From Corallochytrium limacisporum Hawaii (Eukaryota; Protista; Pluriformea), in contig PDIP01000023.1 in NCBI GenBank assembly GCA_002811645.1, forward strand, positions 23,439-87,438: 64,000 nt of DNA, read 5' to 3'. Shown in pieces: positions 58,241 through 64,000 of the stretch (position 1 is its first letter; each line of letters begins with the position of its first letter). The notes under the pieces are model-generated. The model was given only the letters and a program-made list of their open reading frames with translations. It was not told the DNA's origin and searched no databases. The position numbers and the translations under genes were made by a program.

Positions 58241-59208
58241 ATGGCGCTCGAAGGTATTGAAGTAGCTCTGATGGCCAGCACTAGTGCACCTGCTCCAATT
58301 GCGAGCAGTGTTGGCACTGGAGTGTTATCCTCTGCATTGATCCCGGGGTGGCTGCTCCAGGCCAGCGCTGACCTCACTGCAGGCACAGCTGGTGGTGTGG
58401 CTTTTGCGTGTATGCAGGACACCCCTTCGACACAATTAAGGTGCGCATGCAAACAGCAGAAGGTGCGAACAAGCCTACCATGGTCAATGTTGCTCGTGAT
58501 ATTGTGCGAAGTGACAGACTCTGGGGTCTCTACAAGGGTGCCGTGCCTGCTATTGCTGCCAATGTGGCGGAGAATGCCACCCTGTTCATGTTCTACAAAA
58601 ATTTCCAGCAGCTGGTTCTGTCTGGACTTCGCATCAAGGGTGACACCCGGGAAAGCGTGGAGGAATTGAATGCCTTGGAGAATGCCGTTGCGGGCGCCAT
58701 AGCATCTGTCTGTACCAGTGTGATTCTGACACCGTGTGAACTGATAAAATGCCGCATGCAGACCTCGAATGCTAGTGCTTCCGCGGTCGTTCGTGAGGTG
58801 GTGGCCGCACATGGCATGCCTGGTCTGTTTCGTGGTTTGACAAGCACCTGGGCTCGTGAGATTCCGGGCGGATTTGCGATGTTTGGTGCCTATGAGGGAG
58901 CTCGCGGTATCTTAGCTCGAGACGGTGACAAGGAGAACCTTGGTGCAATGCGTACTATCGTGGCCGGTGGCCTCGGTGGATGTGCCTTCTGGTCTCTCAC
59001 TTACCCAATCGATCTTGTAAAGTCTCGCATTCAGACCCATCCGGGTAAGATTGGCATTGTCACCATGACCTCCAACATTGTCCGCCAAGGTGGATGGGCT
59101 GCTCTGTACGCTGGAGTCGTGCCCACCCTCATCCGCTCTTTCCCGGCCAATGGTGCCCTCTTCGTTACGTACGAGTCGGTACGCAAAGTCCTGGGAGGCA
59201 GCGACTAG
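58241..59208 (+). CDS. Mitochondrial carrier (SLC25A15/ORT1 ornithine or carnitine carrier-like), interrupted by a frameshift near 58403
   Basis: Frame A gives ...ADLTAGTAGGVA and frame B continues CVYAGHPFDTIKVRMQ; three Px[DE]xx[KR]xRxQ signatures (PFDTIKVRMQ, PCELIKCRMQ, PIDLVKSRIQ), REIPG, RSFPANGA. Confidence 0.88.
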
Positions 59209-59973
59209 AAGACCACTAACGGTTAGTTTTAGATCCCATATCATTAAAGAAAGTAGAGTACATAGTTTCGTCAAAGTCTTGAATTCTGATGAGCATCTAT
59301 CTCCAGAAAGCCACGATGTTTGTCTTATGTCAAGATCATTCGATGTTCACTGCCGAGATTCCCGGTACCTGAGCGCCACCACAGAGGCCCAGCTGTCGGT
59401 ATTGACACTCTCCTCAAGCGGCTCAAAAAACACACACAATCTCGCCCTCCCCCACCTCTCTGAGCACATTTTCAAAAACACACACAATTTTTTCTGGCCG
59501 AAAATTTTCACAGAGTTGAAATTTTAATTTTACGGAGAGTATTGAAATTATACTCTAATACTTTTAGTACTGATTTTTGGGCGGAGATCAAATCCTATAG
59601 TGAACGATACGGCTCCAGACAATGCACAGGGTCCCTGGTACTGAGTTCACATGCAGCGCGGTTAGGCCTGAAAGTGTGGCACCGAGGCTCTTGCGGCACA
59701 AGGTGTGAGCGGCCCACCAAAGGCTTTACAGGCAGTAGTGGCACCGTACGACTGGCACTGAGGACTGTGAGTATGAAACTTTACCACTTCATATGTTTAC
59801 TTGCTGGGTCTCCCTATATGACAAGGAATTGTTATAACCATATGATAATTGGAACCAGTTATCAAGCAAGCTATTTGGATCTGTGTGGTTATTTAATTTC
59901 GGTGACTTAGCTGAAAATCCATACTGAGTTCGGGAATATTTAATCCGATCGGGTCCAAAAACAGATACCAATC

Positions 59974-60588
59974 ATGGGTGCCTACAAATACGTTCAGGAG
60001 CTGCAGCATCGCAAGCAGTCCGATGTCATGCGCTACCTTGCCCGTGTGCGCACCTGGCACTTCCGCCAGATGAGTGCTGTGCACCGTGCTCCTCGCTCTA
60101 CTCGCCCCGACAAGGCCCGCCGTCTGGGATACAAGGCCAAGCAGGGATACTGCATCTATCGCGTTCGCGTGCGCCGTGGTGGCCGCAAGAACCCCGTGTC
60201 CAAGGGTATTGCTTATGGTAAGCCTAAGGGAGCTGGTATTGAGCAGATCAAGTTCCGCCGCAACCTGCGTTCCGTCGCCGAGGAGCGTGTCGGTCGCCGC
60301 ATCGGATCCCTGCGTGTGCTGAACTCTTACTGGGTGGCTCAGGATGCTACCTACAAGTACTTCGAGGTCATCATGGTCGATCCTCAGCACACCAAGATCC
60401 GCAACGACGCCCGCATCAACTGGATCGCCAAGCCGGTGCACAAGCACCGCGAACTGCGTGGTCTCACCTCCGCTGGCAAGAGCTCTCGTGGTCTGGGCAA
60501 GAACCACGGCTTCAACAAGACCATCGGTGGTTCTCGCCGTACCAACTGGAAGAAGCGCCAGACTCTCAGCGTGCGTCGCTACCGCTAA
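59974..60588 (+). CDS. RPL15: 60S ribosomal protein L15 (eL15)
   Basis: [42 protein letters not shown]; 204 aa. Confidence 0.99.
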   Translation: MGAYKYVQELQHRKQSDVMRYLARVRTWHFRQMSAVHRAPRSTRPDKARRLGYKAKQGYCIYRVRVRRGGRKNPVSKGIAYGKPKGAGIEQIKFRRNLRSVAEERVGRRIGSLRVLNSYWVAQDATYKYFEVIMVDPQHTKIRNDARINWIAKPVHKHRELRGLTSAGKSSRGLGKNHGFNKTIGGSRRTNWKKRQTLSVRRYR

Positions 60589-60956
60589 TTGGTATGATCA
60601 TGCTGTCTGTAAGGAATCTTCTTTTAGCACAATCATCTTATATTTACTTTTCCATAGCATACGTTTCTGTCGTCGCATATTATCAAAACAATTTACTGCA
60701 CCGGCGTTTTTCATGGGGTAAGTCAATTAGGGGCTCTACATGAGCAAGCAGGAAGGTCTGGAAGATTCATTGCTGTAATGTACTAGAAACTCTGAATGTC
60801 TCTGGTGTGACCGCTTGTTCTGCAACATTCGAAAGCCCCTTCCTATCCTTCAAGTACGTCGAAATCATATAAAGGCGCATAGTAAAATCCTTTTAATTAT
60901 ATTGAATGCATCTTAGAAGTACATGGCCATTCTTTGCTTGTGTGGATGGTGATAGC

Positions 60957-61772
60957 TTAGTAAATGACATCGTGGACGGGGACTAGACCAGCGGTGGCCC
61001 ACGACTCTGGGGTAACAATCGCGTCAGGGACTTTGCCGTTGTTGAACATTTCCAGTAGAGGACCAGCAAAGTGTTGTGCAACTACGTGGCCAGAACCTTC
61101 AGTAACGTACCGTAGAAGGGCGCTGATGGATATGGACTCTGCAGTCTTTGGTTCAGTGGTAACCAAACGGAACAAGCGCGAGACTATACCAGAATCGGGA
61201 AGGATGTCGTCGTTGAACGGTTCACGCTTGCCCCTGGCAAACATAAGATTTTGCTCATGGGACGTTACGTCGAATTTCTTGAAGCCAGCACTCTCAAAGA
61301 GTTTCTCCGATGCCTCACCTTCAGCCCCGATAAGATAGAATGTTTCCTGGAGCATGCTAATCTCACTGTCCAGCATATTCGTGCTGTCCAGCCCTCCGAG
61401 AACAACGAGGTTTGTCAAATTCAATGACTTCATCCAATCGAGCAGTCCACGGGCAAAATCAGTTCTCTTGCCACCATGCAAAGGTGCGCGCTGTTGGATG
61501 ATGATCAATTTGGTACTGGTGCTCTGGTACACCTCGAGAGACGTACTGAGTCCAGCTAGCCGACCATCAGTCGCACCGTACGCATTCTTTCCAGCTACCT
61601 GCACGACGGCGTTGGAAGTCAGACACCCGATTCGAGTGCAGTCTTCAATATTTTGAATCAGTAGATCTACCACACATTGCCCCAACTTTGTACCAGTGAA
61701 AGAAGCAAGAAGTACTGTGGTGCCGGAAGCGGCATCAAGGGACTTGCCCGGTAATACGTCCAGTTGCACCAT
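60957..61772 (-). CDS. PSMG2: Proteasome assembly chaperone 2 (PAC2)-like
   Basis: GQCVVDLLI, STSLEVY, IIIQQRAP, YVTEG, TPESW; first ATG at 61772. Confidence 0.72.
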   Translation of the reverse strand: MVQLDVLPGKSLDAASGTTVLLASFTGTKLGQCVVDLLIQNIEDCTRIGCLTSNAVVQVAGKNAYGATDGRLAGLSTSLEVYQSTSTKLIIIQQRAPLHGGKRTDFARGLLDWMKSLNLTNLVVLGGLDSTNMLDSEISMLQETFYLIGAEGEASEKLFESAGFKKFDVTSHEQNLMFARGKREPFNDDILPDSGIVSRLFRLVTTEPKTAESISISALLRYVTEGSGHVVAQHFAGPLLEMFNNGKVPDAIVTPESWATAGLVPVHDVIY

Positions 61773-62430
61773 ATCTAAGACATTGCTGATGGAACACCGT
61801 CTCGCACTCGTCAGCAGTGTCACATTATACCTTTAGATCAGACCCTGTAAATCCTTACATAGGTGTTTTGCAGTAAAATGCCATACTTACTCTCGGATCA
61901 AATTGTGACGTGTAAACGAATTCGGCCGGCCACTGGCACCCCACCTTTGATATGGCTTTTTCGTCGATGGCTTCTTGGTGTTTTCCAAGGGTAAGACGTA
62001 TTGATTAATAAAGTATTGATCTATTGTTTTGGAAACCCGCTCCTCGGGGGCCCGTTTTCCTTTGCTACACGGGCGAGTGAAAGGCAGGCAGACGTCTGCA
62101 CCTCCTTTTAAAGGGGGCACCCTCCCCCTCGGAACAGTTCACGTGGTGCCCCTTCTTTGCTATGTCTGAGACCCGCCCGGCAGTTTTCCACGTCTCAAGG
62201 CAGGGACTAATGGGAGGGAGCTTCAGAGACCCGCCGTGCCAGCGTCAGCAACGGTTTCGCGGAAAAGCATGCGTAGCGCAAGCACGCACAAAATGTTTGC
62301 ATACACTGTTTGGACAGGTACTCGGAAGAATTAGATGCTTGACTTCCAAAACATTGTTGTATGTGATCTGAACAGAATGCCCCAATTCAATTGTTCCAGA
62401 TGGCAGGTATGAATGGAGATGTCTTGATTT

Positions 62431-63732
62431 ATGTATAAGCTCAGAACTGCGGTGCGTAGTTGGAATCGTCATAGCCTGTATCTGCTTTGGTCCGGACGTC
62501 ATCGATTGCAGCACCATGGTCTAAGGTCTTTCTATACCATGGCTACACAAATCATTCACGCAGCGTCCCTCAGTGGCGCAGAGCTTGAGGAGGCATTGAA
62601 GCCCGCCGTGGAGGACATTCGGTCCGGCAATGTGGTTGCAATCCCGACGGAAACAGTGTACGGACTAGCTGCCAACGCCACTAATAGTGCAGCGGTAAAG
62701 AAAATCTATGCTACCAAGGGCCGACCTTCTGACAATCCGCTAATTGTACACGTCAGTAGTCTTGAGATGCTCAGACGATCGAACATAGTCACTGAAATTC
62801 CCGACATTTTTGAGGCTATTGCAAAGGACCTCTGGCCTGGGCCTCTCACATTGATCATGTCTAAGAATGCTTCCATAGTGCCTCCGGAGATTTCAGGACA
62901 GTTAGAAACTATTGCAGTCCGGATTCCGAGCCATCCAGTCGCTCGAAAATTCATCGAGCTCTGCGACGTGCCGCTGGCGGCACCGAGCGCCAATCTTAGT
63001 GGGAAGCCGAGCCCAACCACGGCGCACCACTGCCTCCAGGACTTGCAAGGCCGCATCTCTTGGATCATCGATGGGGGTGTCTGCGCAGGTGGTCTGGAAT
63101 CAACAGTGCTGAACCCCTTGGCTGATCCTCCTGTGGTGCTCCGGCCGGGTGGTGTGGATCGGCAGACACTCCAAAAGTATTTCTTGAAGTCCATTGAGAT
63201 GTTTTTGCCCCATCGCGACAATGCCAAGGATAGCACCAAAGCGAGCCCCGATAGTCCAATGAAGTCACATCTATCATCAACCAATGGCGATGCTTCACCA
63301 ATGGCACCAGGAATGAAATACCGTCATTACTCTCCAGATGCTGTCGTAACTCTGATTGACCATGCGGGACATGGTGGTTTGACGGGAACAGAATTCTCCG
63401 GGGACAGTCTGAGAATGTTTCTGGAGTCTGAGATTCACAGAAAGAACACCGATGGCGATGGAAAGAAACTGATTGGCTTGATCAACCTCAGCAAGCAGGC
63501 GCACGCGAAAATGATTTGGAGCAATCTTGCCTTCGACGAAGTAATGGATCTCGTGGAAGACAACGCGAGTGATTCATTCAATATCGGCCGTCACATCTTC
63601 GCTAGTCTCCGAGAAATGGATAACCGCCACGTCGATGCCATTGTTGTTATTGGGCTGGACTCTTGGAGTGGTGTTGGTGAAGCAGTGTTCAATCGGATCT
63701 ACAAAGCTGCCGCCTATGTGAAGAGTCCCTAG
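62431..63732 (+). CDS. SUA5: Threonylcarbamoyl-AMP synthase Sua5/YRDC
   Basis: IPTETVYGLAA, KGRPSDNPLIVH, WPGPLT, AAPSANLSGKPSPT, linker APGMKYRHYSP; second in-frame ATG at 62539. Confidence 0.95.
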   Translation: MYKLRTAVRSWNRHSLYLLWSGRHRLQHHGLRSFYTMATQIIHAASLSGAELEEALKPAVEDIRSGNVVAIPTETVYGLAANATNSAAVKKIYATKGRPSDNPLIVHVSSLEMLRRSNIVTEIPDIFEAIAKDLWPGPLTLIMSKNASIVPPEISGQLETIAVRIPSHPVARKFIELCDVPLAAPSANLSGKPSPTTAHHCLQDLQGRISWIIDGGVCAGGLESTVLNPLADPPVVLRPGGVDRQTLQKYFLKSIEMFLPHRDNAKDSTKASPDSPMKSHLSSTNGDASPMAPGMKYRHYSPDAVVTLIDHAGHGGLTGTEFSGDSLRMFLESEIHRKNTDGDGKKLIGLINLSKQAHAKMIWSNLAFDEVMDLVEDNASDSFNIGRHIFASLREMDNRHVDAIVVIGLDSWSGVGEAVFNRIYKAAAYVKSP

Positions 63733-63802
63733 TACAGTTCCAATACTTAGTCAAATAAAGAACGTAAGCATCTTGTAATTGATTGTTATGCAAATTTCGT
63801 AT

Positions 63803-64000
63803 CTATAACTCATCATGCCCATGGAATGGATGATCGGGATCGTCTACAAGCTGTTGGACATCAGGAATATCAGCCTCAGTAAGTTTGCACCAAGCCGGCG
63901 TAGCAAAGGTTACGTACACTCGACAGTCACTATCGTACGCATCAATGATCGTGTTCTCCGATCCACAGGAGAAGTCTATTTTGGCACTCCACTTCTTACC
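63803..64000 (-). CDS. 3' end of an ER-lumenal MRH-domain protein (glucosidase II beta/OS-9-like), partial
   Basis: Not in the ORF track. Minus-strand translation is GKKWSAKIDFSCGSENTIIDAYDSDCRVYVTFATPAWC...GHDEL*, which has the MRH C..C..TPxxC pattern and an HDEL retention signal. Confidence 0.75.
   Translation of the reverse strand, partial: GKKWSAKIDFSCGSENTIIDAYDSDCRVYVTFATPAWCKLTEADIPDVQQLVDDPDHPFHGHDEL

Noticed and set aside
58392-58417. 26-nt GT-AG intron as an explanation of the carrier frameshift
   Set aside because: It restores the frame but deletes conserved residues of transmembrane helix 1 and has a poor donor.
59501-59510. RRPE-like TGAAAATTTT upstream of RPL15 (similar sequence near 22781)
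   Set aside because: Low-complexity A/T motif, and not seen at FBL where it would be expected.

Overview
Gene-dense eukaryotic nuclear DNA with 27 complete protein-coding genes, none with an intron in its CDS, plus a partial gene at the right edge and possibly one at the left. The genes are CROT, a thiol/halide methyltransferase, an unknown membrane protein, eIF2-gamma, DHFR, Tim8, an RPRD1-like protein, RanBP9/10, CNOT10, the SPCA Ca2+/Mn2+ ATPase, XPA, AHCY, GCSH, NCBP1, WDR81, a MOK-like kinase, a FAM161-like protein, fibrillarin, a Chs5-N protein, an ARF, a mitochondrial TPR protein, MANF, a large Q/G-rich protein, an SLC25 carrier, RPL15, PSMG2 and SUA5; the right-edge fragment is an MRH-domain protein ending in HDEL. 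The gene set (MANF, CNOT10, WDR81, FAM161, monofunctional DHFR) together with the intronless CDSs suggests a unicellular holozoan such as Corallochytrium; this is inference only. The points most worth follow-up are: (1) a recurrent 13-15 bp upstream motif, CATA[GCT]TRAATRTACY, often in clusters; (2) a ~95-nt element with spliced-leader-RNA-like architecture, together with YAG acceptor-like sites just before many start codons (trans-splicing or 5'UTR-only splicing hypothesis); (3) two possible recoding sites, an in-frame TAG in the MOK-like kinase and a 2-nt frameshift in the mitochondrial carrier; (4) an exomer Chs5 N-terminal domain without FN3/BRCT lying next to an ARF gene. All family calls come from recalled motifs; no searches were run.
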